In this document: one piece after another, positions 1 through 8,303 of the stretch
Numbering within the stretch: the first letter of the stretch is position 1
Layout of the letters: each line of letters begins with the position of its first letter
From: a virus
Taxonomy: Duplodnaviria > Caudoviricetes
Virus record (IMG/VR): IMGVR_UViG_3300015202_000010
Coordinates: 1 to 57,733 of that record
Strand: one strand, 5' to 3'
Length of the DNA stretch: 57,733 nucleotides
Made by a program: the position numbers and the translations under genes
The notes under the pieces: model-generated
Told to the model about the DNA's origin: nothing
Databases searched by the model: none
What the model saw: only the letters and a program-made list of their open reading frames with translations

Positions 1-204
1 CACGACGAAGTTCCATGGTGCGCTTGTTGCGCAAATGCGGCCCTTGAGATCAACGGATTCATCGGAACCGGGCGAGCGGACGCTTTATCTTTTGCGACTT
101 GTGGTGACGCTTCTGAACTCAAATACGGAGCCATCATTGTCATTCAACATCCAAAAGGCGGACACCACGTCACATTCTTTTCGAAATGGGTAGACCAAAG
201 CAAA
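1..204. repeat. Terminal direct repeat (copy 1), circularisation overlap
   Basis: 1-204 matches 57530-57733 except G78 vs T57607. Confidence 0.95.
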
Positions 205-345
205 GGTCTCATCGAGCTTCTTGGCGGGAACCAGTCGGACGCCCTGAAGAAGAGCGTTTTCAATGTTTCTGGCAACAAACTCGGACACGACGAGATCATT
301 GCGACCAGATGGCCGAGACCAAAGGTTAATTTAACACCAGCTTAA
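1..345 (+). CDS. Endolysin C-terminal part (joined gene 57410..345, 154 aa)
   Basis: Frame 1 reads HDEVPWCA...GGHHVTFF...LLGGNQSD...RWPRPKVNLTPA*; PWC, H-V-x-F and LGGNQ motifs of the TIGR02594 family. Confidence 0.85.
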   Translation, partial: HDEVPWCACCANAALEINGFIGTGRADALSFATCGDASELKYGAIIVIQHPKGGHHVTFFSKWVDQSKGLIELLGGNQSDALKKSVFNVSGNKLGHDEIIATRWPRPKVNLTPA

Positions 346-402
346 AGCATTTTTAAAATCGTTCGCGTAAAATGAATTTAAACAACCAATAAGAGGAGTT
401 CT

Positions 403-888
403 ATGAAATCAGCATTCGCATTTTTACTTGTCGCCTTTGTCGCTGGGAGCGCGTTTGCGCAAACAGCACCTTCACCCGCACCTTTGGCTCCAGTCGCAGC
501 ACCAGTTGCGTCTCCGGCTCCTGTCGCGGCTTCTGTTCCCGATACTGCACCGTCTCCAGTCATGGTTAAAGATATAAACGCAGCACCTCCAACTTGGATT
601 CAAGATTTAGCCGTTTCGATTAAATCACTTCCAATTGTTGGACCGATCATAGTGAAAGCTTTGAATTGGCTCGCGGTTATTGTTTCTATTTTGACTGCGT
701 TGTGTGCTTTTTTGATGGTCGCGATTAAGGCTCTTTCAAGCATTTTGAATATCGCTTCTTTGACAAATTTCGCAGCGACTTTGCAAGCGTTTCAAGACGG
801 TAAAATCATGTACTACTTGAAATATTTCTCGGCTTTCAACGCACAAAAGCCAGACGCTCCGGCAGCGGACGTTACGAAAGCAGCATGA
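403..888 (+). CDS. Membrane protein in lysis cassette (holin/antiholin candidate) with signal peptide and Pro/Ala-rich linker
   Basis: GAGGAG RBS; MKSAFAFLLVAFVAGSAFA|QT signal; hydrophobic helices; lies between endolysin and spanin-like genes. Confidence 0.55.
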   Translation: MKSAFAFLLVAFVAGSAFAQTAPSPAPLAPVAAPVASPAPVAASVPDTAPSPVMVKDINAAPPTWIQDLAVSIKSLPIVGPIIVKALNWLAVIVSILTALCAFLMVAIKALSSILNIASLTNFAATLQAFQDGKIMYYLKYFSAFNAQKPDAPAADVTKAA

Positions 889-1067
889 GTGAATTAGCCG
901 CTCTCTTAAAATTATTACCGATCTTTTTGGGAATCGTAAAATCATTGCAAAAGGCAATCGACGAAGCTCAGACGGATAGAAAGGTTGCCGATGATCTTAA
1001 AGCCATCCAAGCCGCTATCGACGCGAAAGATCCTGCTGCTCTTAAGCATATCTTTTCTAATCAGTAG
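885..1067 (+). CDS. Putative inner-membrane spanin (Rz-like)
   Basis: N-terminal hydrophobic stretch followed by helical region; ATGA overlap with upstream gene; overlapped by a lipoprotein ORF. Confidence 0.45.
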   Translation: MSELAALLKLLPIFLGIVKSLQKAIDEAQTDRKVADDLKAIQAAIDAKDPAALKHIFSNQ

Positions 1068-1218
1068 TTGTGCTCATCAACCAGTCGTGACGACTTTTGA
1101 TGTTGACTGGAAATTTGAAGATCAAGGTGCCGGTAAGCAACCTTTATTGTGTCTTGAAACTGCCGACGTTAAAAAACTTCGGGAGTTACTGATTAGGTGT
1201 GAGTCGAATTCTAAATAG
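991..1218 (+). CDS. Putative outer-membrane lipoprotein spanin (Rz1-like)
   Basis: RKILLLLSISFLISS|C lipobox-like signal, two further Cys; overlaps 885..1067 in another frame; exact start uncertain. Confidence 0.6.
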   Translation: MILKPSKPLSTRKILLLLSISFLISSCAHQPVVTTFDVDWKFEDQGAGKQPLLCLETADVKKLRELLIRCESNSK

Positions 1219-1281
1219 TTTCTGAGATCTCGTTTGTTGAAAGCTCCCTTTAAAGCCCTCAACAAAGCCTACCGAGATCGG

Positions 1282-1328
1282 GGGAGTCCAGTTCGCAGGC
1301 TTGACGTGTTCTGGGGCTCCCTTTTTTT
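1282..1328 (+). terminator. Intrinsic terminator ending the late/lysis transcript
   Basis: gggagtccag...ctggggctccc stem followed by T7, at the convergence with minus-strand genes. Confidence 0.65.
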
Positions 1329-1752
1329 ATCCTTTGTTTGGCAATCGGCCTTTAAACATAAAACGATTCGTGCCGATCTTTAAAATCTCACCATCGCTTA
1401 GGGTGCCTTCAATTGCAGATATTTTGTGATCTGTGTTTTGTCTCATATACTCGATACTTTTTACAAAACTCTCTTCATTTTTACTCGTGCTATCCAATCT
1501 GGTTTTGATTGCGATAAGCTCCTCTCGAGTCGTGTGAAGGATCGTCGCCAAACCCATTTGAACTTTCTTATGATCTCTGATTTGTTCGTTCAAACCTGAA
1601 ACTTCTTTCAATACTTTATCTACTTCGAGCTTTTTGATTTTCTCCTGAGATTTTGACCAGACTTTTATGAGTCCCCAAGCCGCGCCGAAGATCGCTCCTA
1701 TTACGGGTGCTGCGATCTCGAATAAGTTCATGGCTTGCTCTAGAATTTTCAT
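1327..1752 (-). CDS. Hypothetical membrane-anchored coiled-coil protein
   Basis: TM segment IAAPVIGAIFGAAWGLI followed by heptad-rich region. Confidence 0.7.
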   Translation of the reverse strand: MKILEQAMNLFEIAAPVIGAIFGAAWGLIKVWSKSQEKIKKLEVDKVLKEVSGLNEQIRDHKKVQMGLATILHTTREELIAIKTRLDSTSKNEESFVKSIEYMRQNTDHKISAIEGTLSDGEILKIGTNRFMFKGRLPNKG

Positions 1753-1780
1753 ATTAAAACCTCATGTATTAAAATACATC

Positions 1781-1996
1781 TTACCGAGGGAGCGCAGCGT
1801 TTGTAAACGTACCGAGATGCTTTTGTATTCGATGGGTCTCGCAAAGTTCATCAACCGCGAGATAAAAGTCCTGACTCAGCTTGTTTTTCACTTTGCTTTG
1901 ATAAATGTTGAGCTGTTGTTTTACGATCGAGGGTGCATAGCCGTTCTCGATGAGGGCGCGAAACTCACAAAACAGTCTTTTCTCATTCGATGTCAT
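1781..1996 (-). CDS. Hypothetical protein
   Basis: Likely start ATG 1996 (MTSNEKR) with GGAG RBS. Confidence 0.55.
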   Translation of the reverse strand: MTSNEKRLFCEFRALIENGYAPSIVKQQLNIYQSKVKNKLSQDFYLAVDELCETHRIQKHLGTFTNAALPR

Positions 1997-2192
1997 ACTC
2001 GTCTCCCAAAATTTCCTGCAATTTCCTATTGAAACTCTCTCTAGATCCTTCGACTCGACCGGCACCCTTGAATTCTAAGATAAGATCTCTCTGATTGACG
2101 GCCTCCACGAGCGCCGCAAGCAGCCTCTCGTTGGCTAATTTCAAAACCTTGATGTCTTTCTTCAAAATCTCGTAATTCATCGCTGTGTTCAT
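1983..2192 (-). CDS. Hypothetical protein
   Basis: ATGA-coupled to upstream ORF. Confidence 0.6.
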   Translation of the reverse strand: MNTAMNYEILKKDIKVLKLANERLLAALVEAVNQRDLILEFKGAGRVEGSRESFNRKLQEILGDEYDIE

Positions 2193-2443
2193 TTATGCTT
2201 CTTTGCGGGGAGAGTTTTTGGCAAATTGCTTTCGCATTTCTTCGCGCTTAACTCAGAAAGCTCGTTTGAAAGACGAATGTTCTCTTTAAACCAGAAATCA
2301 CAATTGTTTTGTTCGATCTTTGAGATTGCCGGCTCGAGTTTTATCGGCTCAGGCTCTATTTTATGAAAATTGAATATCGCCATACAAAAAAACAGCAACG
2401 CGATCGAGAATCCACAAATCAAAACAGATATATGAGGCTTCAC
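2189..2443 (-). CDS. Hypothetical membrane-anchored protein
   Basis: N-terminal TM helix; coupled overlaps on both sides. Confidence 0.6.
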   Translation of the reverse strand: MKPHISVLICGFSIALLFFCMAIFNFHKIEPEPIKLEPAISKIEQNNCDFWFKENIRLSNELSELSAKKCESNLPKTLPAKKHK

Positions 2444-2691
2444 GCTCTGAAACCTTTCGGTGGCGCGATTAGTTTGCTCTCCTCTTTCTTCACAACTTTC
2501 ACCTCGTGAACACTCACTCCATCAACTTCTATTCCGTGGTGCTTTAACAAATGCTCAAGCGTCACGTTCACAATAAGAACCTGCGCTGCTCCTTGAACTC
2601 CCCAAGCGTTAATCACATTCAAAAGCTCGTTCGCTTTCGCCTCAACATCTGCTGTTGGTATCTGTAAATTGATCGGCGTTCTTTTCTCCAT
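2440..2691 (-). CDS. Hypothetical protein
   Basis: Likely start ATG 2691 (MEKRTPINLQ), TAATG-coupled to upstream stop. Confidence 0.65.
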   Translation of the reverse strand: MEKRTPINLQIPTADVEAKANELLNVINAWGVQGAAQVLIVNVTLEHLLKHHGIEVDGVSVHEVKVVKKEESKLIAPPKGFRA

Positions 2692-3428
2692 TATGCTGGG
2701 TCTCCTTTTTGAGAAAAATACTTCATGATGAAAGGTCGGTAAGCTTCGCTTATCTCCGGGTTCCCGCCTGATGCTGCCCGATGATACCAAGCGAGAGCGC
2801 CCATGACTGTATTATTTTCGCCCATCTCTGTGTTTCCTAAGTTTTTACGACGGCATTTCGTATAAGCTAATCTGCCGAGCCAAGACCAAAGCGTCGGCAT
2901 CGTCTCAACGGCCTGTAGAAATCTCATGATCGCATTGTTGTCGTCCACGTCATCCGGATTCGTCGTCATCAAAGCTCCGATCCAGCACCAAAGAAAGTTC
3001 AGATCGAAAATGTATAACAAAGGGTATAACCAGCTCGTCTTAAAAGCGCGAATGTAAAGAGAGAAAGTCAAAAGCATCGGAATGTCTGCGTTTTGGTATG
3101 TGAAACCACGTTTCCATTGCTGCTCGAAAAGTCTGTTCAAAGGATCGGTCAAACCCATAGAGCCCATGCAGATAATGTTAGGATCGGTTTGGTCACGCGA
3201 CATATCTTTTAAGTCAGGATACTGAGGGCCACGAATCCAAAGGCCCGGTTGGACTTCTAGGATCTTTACGGCCGCAGGATAATCAATCAAAGCTTGCGGA
3301 TAGTAATTTACCGCGTCTCCGAAAAGCCAATTCTTCTTTTGAGTAAAATAATAGAAACCCTCGCGCTGAGCGGTGTCGCCGGTATCCTGATCGTTCTGAC
3401 AAATTAAACCTTGAGGCGTTCTGAACAT
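2691..3428 (-). CDS. Conserved-looking hypothetical protein (245 aa)
   Basis: AGGAG RBS; globular composition with DTGDTAQR and MSRDQ motifs; function not recognised. Confidence 0.75.
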   Translation of the reverse strand: MFRTPQGLICQNDQDTGDTAQREGFYYFTQKKNWLFGDAVNYYPQALIDYPAAVKILEVQPGLWIRGPQYPDLKDMSRDQTDPNIICMGSMGLTDPLNRLFEQQWKRGFTYQNADIPMLLTFSLYIRAFKTSWLYPLLYIFDLNFLWCWIGALMTTNPDDVDDNNAIMRFLQAVETMPTLWSWLGRLAYTKCRRKNLGNTEMGENNTVMGALAWYHRAASGGNPEISEAYRPFIMKYFSQKGDPA

Positions 3429-3437
3429 AAAAAACTC

Positions 3438-3671
3438 CTATTGAAAAAGATCTGTTTGTCGAGAATCGTGCATGACGAAAGATTTATCTCCCTGAATTAC
3501 AATCACCGAGTCGGAGTCTTTAAGATCCTCAAGAATTCCATCGACAACAACTTTCTTCATCGCGTCGGCTTGTCTTTTCGCTCTCTTCGGATACCAAAAA
3601 TGCCGATCCAACTCATTCACCATGAAGTAAATAAATAAGACGATTTCAAACCAGTGATCTAAGATTTTCAT
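3438..3671 (-). CDS. Small membrane protein
   Basis: N-terminal hydrophobic helix; coupled to upstream ORF. Confidence 0.6.
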   Translation of the reverse strand: MKILDHWFEIVLFIYFMVNELDRHFWYPKRAKRQADAMKKVVVDGILEDLKDSDSVIVIQGDKSFVMHDSRQTDLFQ

Positions 3672-4294
3672 TCACACTCCAGTTGAACTTTGATTGCGTC
3701 GAGTTTCAGTTTCATTAACTCTCGAATATTTTTCGCACAATCGCAAGCCGCTCTTACCGTATCTGGATCATACTTCATCACTGATGGGTCTGGCTTGTTG
3801 GCGGTTAGCCCTTTCATCAATGAGAAGAGATGCTGTGCTGATTCGTCGATTAAGCTCATCGAGACTGATCGAACCATTTTTGAAGTCTCTCTCGGATTTA
3901 TGGAGACCGATCGTTGGGTCTCGTTTTCTACGAGTTTTATAGATTTGTTCTCTGATAGTTTCTTTGTTTTTTGCATATCGCTCTCTGTTTCTTTCGTTTG
4001 AAAGCTCGGCGTTTCTTTGACGACGCTCGTTTCGCTTTTTGTTATAAATCTCTTTGTTTTTAAAATATTGCTGTCGTTTTCGCTCACGCTCTCTCTCGAT
4101 GAAAGCAGGATCGTTTCGCCTGGCGAGCATTCTGAGTCGCTCTTTCTCTCTAAAGACAGGATCTGTGGCGTTTCGTATACGTTTTCGCTCTCGGTCGGAG
4201 GCTCGACGTTTCTCGATAGCTTCTGGAGATCTAAAGGCTTTTTTTTTAAGCTGCTTCTCTTTGTCGTGTCTGAATCCACCGGCCCAGGGATCAA
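3668..4294 (-). CDS. Hypothetical protein (overlapping frame B)
   Basis: Ordered-looking C-terminus (SLIDESAQHLFSLM...AACDCAKNIRELMKLKLD); stop is ATGA-coupled to next gene; start unclear. Confidence 0.5.
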   Translation of the reverse strand: MIPGPVDSDTTKRSSLKKKPLDLQKLSRNVEPPTESENVYETPQILSLERKSDSECSPGETILLSSRESVSENDSNILKTKRFITKSETSVVKETPSFQTKETESDMQKTKKLSENKSIKLVENETQRSVSINPRETSKMVRSVSMSLIDESAQHLFSLMKGLTANKPDPSVMKYDPDTVRAACDCAKNIRELMKLKLDAIKVQLECE

Positions 4295-4490
4295 ATTTAT
4301 GATCTTCTGGAGGAGGCTTTATTGTAGGTTCTACAATAATTTCTTTCGATTCTTTGTTGGTATTTTCACCAACCCACTTTGGACCAAGCTCAAGACACAA
4401 TTTCGAATGATACTTTTGTTTGCTGCTGACAAGGCATCGAAACACCTTACCGCAAGACAAACAATTTCGATTCTCCATTACGACTTCCAT
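3768..4490 (-). CDS. Zn-finger-like, Arg/Lys-rich putative DNA-binding protein (frame A)
   Basis: CLSCGKVF...YHSKLC motif; long basic helix; TAATG-coupled start. Confidence 0.6.
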   Translation of the reverse strand: MEVVMENRNCLSCGKVFRCLVSSKQKYHSKLCLELGPKWVGENTNKESKEIIVEPTIKPPPEDHKFDPWAGGFRHDKEKQLKKKAFRSPEAIEKRRASDRERKRIRNATDPVFREKERLRMLARRNDPAFIERERERKRQQYFKNKEIYNKKRNERRQRNAELSNERNRERYAKNKETIREQIYKTRRKRDPTIGLHKSERDFKNGSISLDELNRRISTASLLIDERANRQQARPISDEV

Positions 4491-4681
4491 TATTTGAATT
4501 TCTCAATGTGAATGTAAGGTATGTGAGCGACTCCGAAAGCTTGAAGTAGAAACAAAATCAGCATCAAGACTGAAATACCGTAAATGAGTTGTCTGAAAAT
4601 CTGAGGCATAGGAATCAGGCCGATCAAAAATACAATAAATCCTGTGATTGCGATGTAAAGAATCAGGTTGATGAAATTCAT
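4490..4681 (-). CDS. Two-TM small membrane protein (Thivi_2564-like)
   Basis: TM-IPMPQIFR-TM pattern. Confidence 0.65.
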   Translation of the reverse strand: MNFINLILYIAITGFIVFLIGLIPMPQIFRQLIYGISVLMLILFLLQAFGVAHIPYIHIEKFK

Positions 4682-4905
4682 GCGTTCCCCTTTGGTTTGA
4701 AATCTTTTGTTTCGAAGCCATTATCTCTAAAAATCTGCATTTTCATATTATTTTTTTGAAAATAGCCGTCGATGATCGCGTAGGCTATGACCGAGTATTC
4801 TTCAATACTCATTCCCAATGATTTTGCAGCGCCGGTCAGAGACTTATTCACTTTCTCCCAAACCTCGGGAGTCATTGCGATCGTTCCTTCAACTTGTTTT
4901 TTCAT
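4678..4905 (-). CDS. Hypothetical protein
   Basis: Coupled ORF in operon. Confidence 0.6.
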   Translation of the reverse strand: MKKQVEGTIAMTPEVWEKVNKSLTGAAKSLGMSIEEYSVIAYAIIDGYFQKNNMKMQIFRDNGFETKDFKPKGNA

Positions 4906-5234
4906 CGAAACCTCGGATAGTCGTTTGCGTGTGGATCGTTCACCATTTTACCGTCTACCTTGAAATACTCTCGCATCTCGTGATCTTCGGCCCTGATAAT
5001 TTGCTCTCTTACCCAATACACAAAATAGTCAAAACCGCTAATCATGCGTTGGTCGATTGTTTGGCTGAAATTGATATCAACAAGCTCTTTCGGATTGTAT
5101 GAATTCGGAGTTTTAAAAACTATGTTGAGCTGAATTGCTCCATTGAAGTTCGACTCACAGTGAAGTTTAAAATTCGGCTTGTAAGTTATCCTTTTGATCC
5201 ACTCTTCGACTGGGTGACAAACTGGTTTTTTCAT
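4902..5234 (-). CDS. Hypothetical phage protein
   Basis: ITYKPNF...EDHEMREYFKVDG...DPH pattern typical of phage hypotheticals; likely start 5234. Confidence 0.7.
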   Translation of the reverse strand: MKKPVCHPVEEWIKRITYKPNFKLHCESNFNGAIQLNIVFKTPNSYNPKELVDINFSQTIDQRMISGFDYFVYWVREQIIRAEDHEMREYFKVDGKMVNDPHANDYPRFR

Positions 5235-5401
5235 TGGACGATCCAATTATGGGTAGTAAAATAGTAGTACAACATCTGCGAGACTCCGAAGCTGATCGCA
5301 ACGGCGGTAAACTGAGTCCAAGCGTGGCGGTTGATAACAACGATCCATGAGATTAAAGCCAAAAGAATTTGAAAAGCATCGAATACCCACTCGGGAATCA
5401 T
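5231..5401 (-). CDS. Small two-TM membrane protein
   Basis: Start ATG 5401 with AAGGA RBS (MIPEWVFDAF...). Confidence 0.55.
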   Translation of the reverse strand: MIPEWVFDAFQILLALISWIVVINRHAWTQFTAVAISFGVSQMLYYYFTTHNWIVQ

Positions 5402-5409
5402 GTCGTCCT

Positions 5410-5712
5410 TTATAATATTGGTTTTGGCTCGCCCTTGAGATATTGAACCGTGATTGTTGTTCTTGAGTGACCAAGGTCTTTCACCCATTTTAAAGTTTGG
5501 TTTACCTCGCCGATCATCGCAGCAGCGAGATCTCTTTTTGCTTGTGATACTCGCAACTCTCTCTCCGAGCTGGACTCGAGAACGCTCGACTCAACGGTCA
5601 TAGCGAAAGATCCAACATATTGTTTTATCCAAGCGTAAAGCTCGACTCGAACCTCTGGATGCCTTTTTGCGATTTCATATAAACCGGCGATCGCCTCGCT
5701 CATGCTTTTCAT
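5410..5712 (-). CDS. Hypothetical protein
   Basis: Coupled ORF. Confidence 0.6.
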   Translation of the reverse strand: MKSMSEAIAGLYEIAKRHPEVRVELYAWIKQYVGSFAMTVESSVLESSSERELRVSQAKRDLAAAMIGEVNQTLKWVKDLGHSRTTITVQYLKGEPKPIL

Positions 5713-5978
5713 TCTAAGTCTTTCATTTTAAGTGATTCGTTTTCAATCTTTTCAAGAGTTAGAGTCTCTTGCAATGATTCATTTTGGGCCTTGAGGGACT
5801 CGATGTAATTTAACAAGACATTGATGATGTTTACCGAGTCGTATTTTCTAGAAAGGTCTAAAAGACGATGGTATTTCTCATGGCTTTCAGAGATTGATTC
5901 GGCAGACTCATGTCTTAGGTCGTACAACTCTCGAATCTCGGCTAAAATCATCAGAGAACCATAGTCTAATGCGCTCAT
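5709..5978 (-). CDS. Hypothetical coiled-coil protein
   Basis: AAGGAG RBS. Confidence 0.65.
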   Translation of the reverse strand: MSALDYGSLMILAEIRELYDLRHESAESISESHEKYHRLLDLSRKYDSVNIINVLLNYIESLKAQNESLQETLTLEKIENESLKMKDLE

Positions 5979-5997
5979 ATGCTCTCCTTTTTAAAAA

Positions 5998-6127
5998 TTG
6001 GGTGCTCGTGCTTTCGGTTAAGACCTCAGATCATCATACTCACGCGCTACCCGGCTAACTCGCGTTTCCGGACGGGTAAGACTGTTATTCAATGCTGAAG
6101 CTCCAGCTTTCATCACAAAACACCCAA
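5998..6127 (-). ncRNA. Candidate structured RNA with pseudoknot
   Basis: Closing stem ttgggtg/cacccaa; crossing helices acgcg/cgcgt and tacccg/cgggta; GC-rich island in an AT-rich gap. Confidence 0.4.
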
Positions 6128-6143
6128 ATATTATTAAATAATA

Positions 6144-6551
6144 TTACTTAATGCGTTTCTCTACGGCTTCGACTGTTTTTTGAGCGATAGCGAAAATGCG
6201 AGCAATCAAACGCTCTGGCTTTGCACTCGCTTGAGTTTTTTGCATCTCAACGATTCTCTCGAGACCAATAACTGCTTTGTTCAAGAAGTTTTGAGTCGAG
6301 CGAAAGTCTCTCTGACTGTCGTTTGCGTGTTCACAGTTGCGTTTCATTTCAACTGTGTTTTCTTTCAAACGAGTTTGCGCCGTTTTAAGAGCTGCGCGAA
6401 GCGTTTGAACTTGGTCAACCGATCCACGTTTTGAACTCAAAACGATTCCCGGTTTAGCGACAACTTGGCGAGCTGCTTTTTTTGGAGCGGCAACTCGTCC
6501 TGGAGGTCGGCGGTTAGATTTGCGTGATGTTGTTACTGCGTCTGTTCTCAT
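6144..6551 (-). CDS. Basic coiled-coil hypothetical protein
   Basis: AGGAG RBS; Arg/Lys/Ala/Pro-rich N-terminus. Confidence 0.65.
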   Translation of the reverse strand: MRTDAVTTSRKSNRRPPGRVAAPKKAARQVVAKPGIVLSSKRGSVDQVQTLRAALKTAQTRLKENTVEMKRNCEHANDSQRDFRSTQNFLNKAVIGLERIVEMQKTQASAKPERLIARIFAIAQKTVEAVEKRIK

Positions 6552-6876
6552 GGTTCTCTCCTGCTCGTTTGAGCGGTTTATAGTGAATTGATTCTACTGC
6601 TTTTCTAAAACAATCTTGCAATCCTTGGGCCGCCAAGACAAGTTCCGTGAACGGCATTTCGTTGCGGTGGCTCATCAGCATTTCGATATGGTGCTGTAAA
6701 TCAATGAGACTGCTGAGGGTCTCAGGGTAAACTTCGGTGATACCGGCCTCGTCTGAAAATTGGATGACGTCGTAAACACGATAATCCTCGGTGATAAAAC
6801 CAAATTTCTTTTCATTCATAAGAGCAGCAACCTCGTTTTCGTCTTTGCATTGAATAAAACTCATCTCTGTGCCCAA
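6514..6876 (-). CDS. Hypothetical protein
   Basis: ORF in operon context. Confidence 0.6.
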   Translation of the reverse strand: MGTEMSFIQCKDENEVAALMNEKKFGFITEDYRVYDVIQFSDEAGITEVYPETLSSLIDLQHHIEMLMSHRNEMPFTELVLAAQGLQDCFRKAVESIHYKPLKRAGENHENRRSNNITQI

Positions 6877-7088
6877 ACGACTTGTTCTTGAATCAGCTTT
6901 TCGTTTTGATAAAGTTCGACTTTGCCGACTCCTTGAGTCTCTTGATATTCGATTTTAAATGGTAAAAGTCCGTCATCGTAAGCTTTCAGTAGTTTTCGCT
7001 CCGGTGGTCTCGACAAAATCATGGTCGCCAAAAGTCCAGAAGTCAGACCAACAAAAGCTCCGACAAAAAATAAAAGTGCGTCCCTCAC
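6861..7088 (-). CDS. Small membrane-anchored protein
   Basis: Likely GTG start 7088 with GGAG RBS; TM LLFFVGAFVGLTSGLLATMIL. Confidence 0.55.
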   Translation of the reverse strand: MRDALLFFVGAFVGLTSGLLATMILSRPPERKLLKAYDDGLLPFKIEYQETQGVGKVELYQNEKLIQEQVVWAQR

Positions 7089-7177
7089 ATCAACTCCAAA
7101 ATCAAAAGTATAAAACAAGCTCCTAAGACGATAAAACCCGCAGTCCAAATTGGATGATGCGAAGTAAACTCAATCAC
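7085..7177 (-). CDS. 30-aa TM peptide
   Basis: MIEFTSHHPIWTAGFIVLGACFILLILELM*; GTGA overlaps at both ends. Confidence 0.45.
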   Translation of the reverse strand: MIEFTSHHPIWTAGFIVLGACFILLILELM

Positions 7178-7533
7178 TCAACACCAAAATGAGCCATTGC
7201 CATTACAACTGCACTGAAGATGTAATCTTTCACTCGCTGGTTTTCTGGGAGAGCGTCGTATTTTACTAGGCAGGGGTGAGTTTTCTTTTCAAAATCCTTT
7301 TTCTCCCCGTAAACCCAACCGTTTTCGATCTTCTCTTTCATCCAAGACTCGTGAAGGTCTTTCGGGAGCATCGTGCACTCAGATTGAATCATTTTGTAAA
7401 CGCCATGCTTTGCTGAAACCTGTATCTCGAGCGGTGTAATCTCCCAATCGACCTGGCTCGTGTCGCCGGTTGTTTCGCAATATGCTTTGTTGGCTTGGTG
7501 GCAGACTTTTGCGATTTGATTGATGTTCATCAT
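7174..7533 (-). CDS. RyR-domain phage protein
   Basis: HESWM...GWVYG..KD..KKTHPCLVKYDALP...KD signature. Confidence 0.85.
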   Translation of the reverse strand: MMNINQIAKVCHQANKAYCETTGDTSQVDWEITPLEIQVSAKHGVYKMIQSECTMLPKDLHESWMKEKIENGWVYGEKKDFEKKTHPCLVKYDALPENQRVKDYIFSAVVMAMAHFGVE

Positions 7534-7736
7534 TTTTTCACCGCTAACAAATCGACCTCATCGTTGTCGAGGCATAAAACTGGATTGAATCCATCGGCGT
7601 TGTAAATGATCGAGAAGCTTCGAGCATCGTTCTCGGTTTTAAATTGCATCGCTTTTGTGATGTCGGTGTCGTATTTACCTCGACCAGAAATATAAACCGG
7701 AGAGTCGCCGTCTTTTATCAAAATCCAATATTTCAT
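7530..7736 (-). CDS. Hypothetical protein
   Basis: Coupled ORF. Confidence 0.6.
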   Translation of the reverse strand: MKYWILIKDGDSPVYISGRGKYDTDITKAMQFKTENDARSFSIIYNADGFNPVLCLDNDEVDLLAVKK

Positions 7737-8227
7737 TTTGTTACTCCGGCCTTTTTCAACAAAGATTCTTTTTTATCCTTCTTTACGGTGGCGTCGTGGT
7801 CTTGATCTTTCATTGTCGGCGGTGGCGTTGGTTTCGGGACCGCATAAACCGGCATCGCTCCGCTGAATCGTAAATTGACCTCTCGGACCTTGCCGGAGAT
7901 TCGTCGATCCAAGCCGGTCTGACGAGCGTTCATGAAGTCAAAGTCGGTTCTCATTTTTTTGATCTCAAGGTTTTGATCGTAAATTTGCGCTTTGAGGGAG
8001 GCGATGCTGTCTCCGAGATTTTTAGATATTTCCAAAACGCTCGTTTGGATTCCCTCGACGTCTTTGCCTAATTTCTCCATATCAGTTTTTGATATGGTGG
8101 GCGCGACCGCAACCGGCCTCACCTCTTCGGGCTGCTCTCGCAAAAAAACAGAAGCGAACATCATCAATGCACCCGCTCCGAAAAATATCCAAAAACCCAT
8201 TCGCTGCCTCCAAGGTATGTTTTTCAT
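7733..8227 (-). CDS. Membrane-anchored coiled-coil protein
   Basis: N-terminal TM, heptad region, Pro-rich tail. Confidence 0.7.
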   Translation of the reverse strand: MKNIPWRQRMGFWIFFGAGALMMFASVFLREQPEEVRPVAVAPTISKTDMEKLGKDVEGIQTSVLEISKNLGDSIASLKAQIYDQNLEIKKMRTDFDFMNARQTGLDRRISGKVREVNLRFSGAMPVYAVPKPTPPPTMKDQDHDATVKKDKKESLLKKAGVTK

Positions 8228-8280
8228 AAATGCCCCTTTAAGAAACTTGTACCAAGGCGGGTTTTGGTGGGCAACAAAAT

Positions 8281-8303
8281 AATCATGATTTTTAGCAATC
8301 TTT
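8281..8303 (-). promoter_or_regulatory. Third copy of TCATGA operator/-35 element
   Basis: Minus strand aaagattgctaaaaatcatgatt matches 20499-20521 at 21 of 23 nt. Confidence 0.5.

Noticed and set aside
6001-6040. Hammerhead ribozyme core (CUGA...GAAA on the minus strand)
   Set aside because: Lacks the full CUGANGA core and a convincing stem III/cleavage triplet; kept only as a generic structured-RNA candidate
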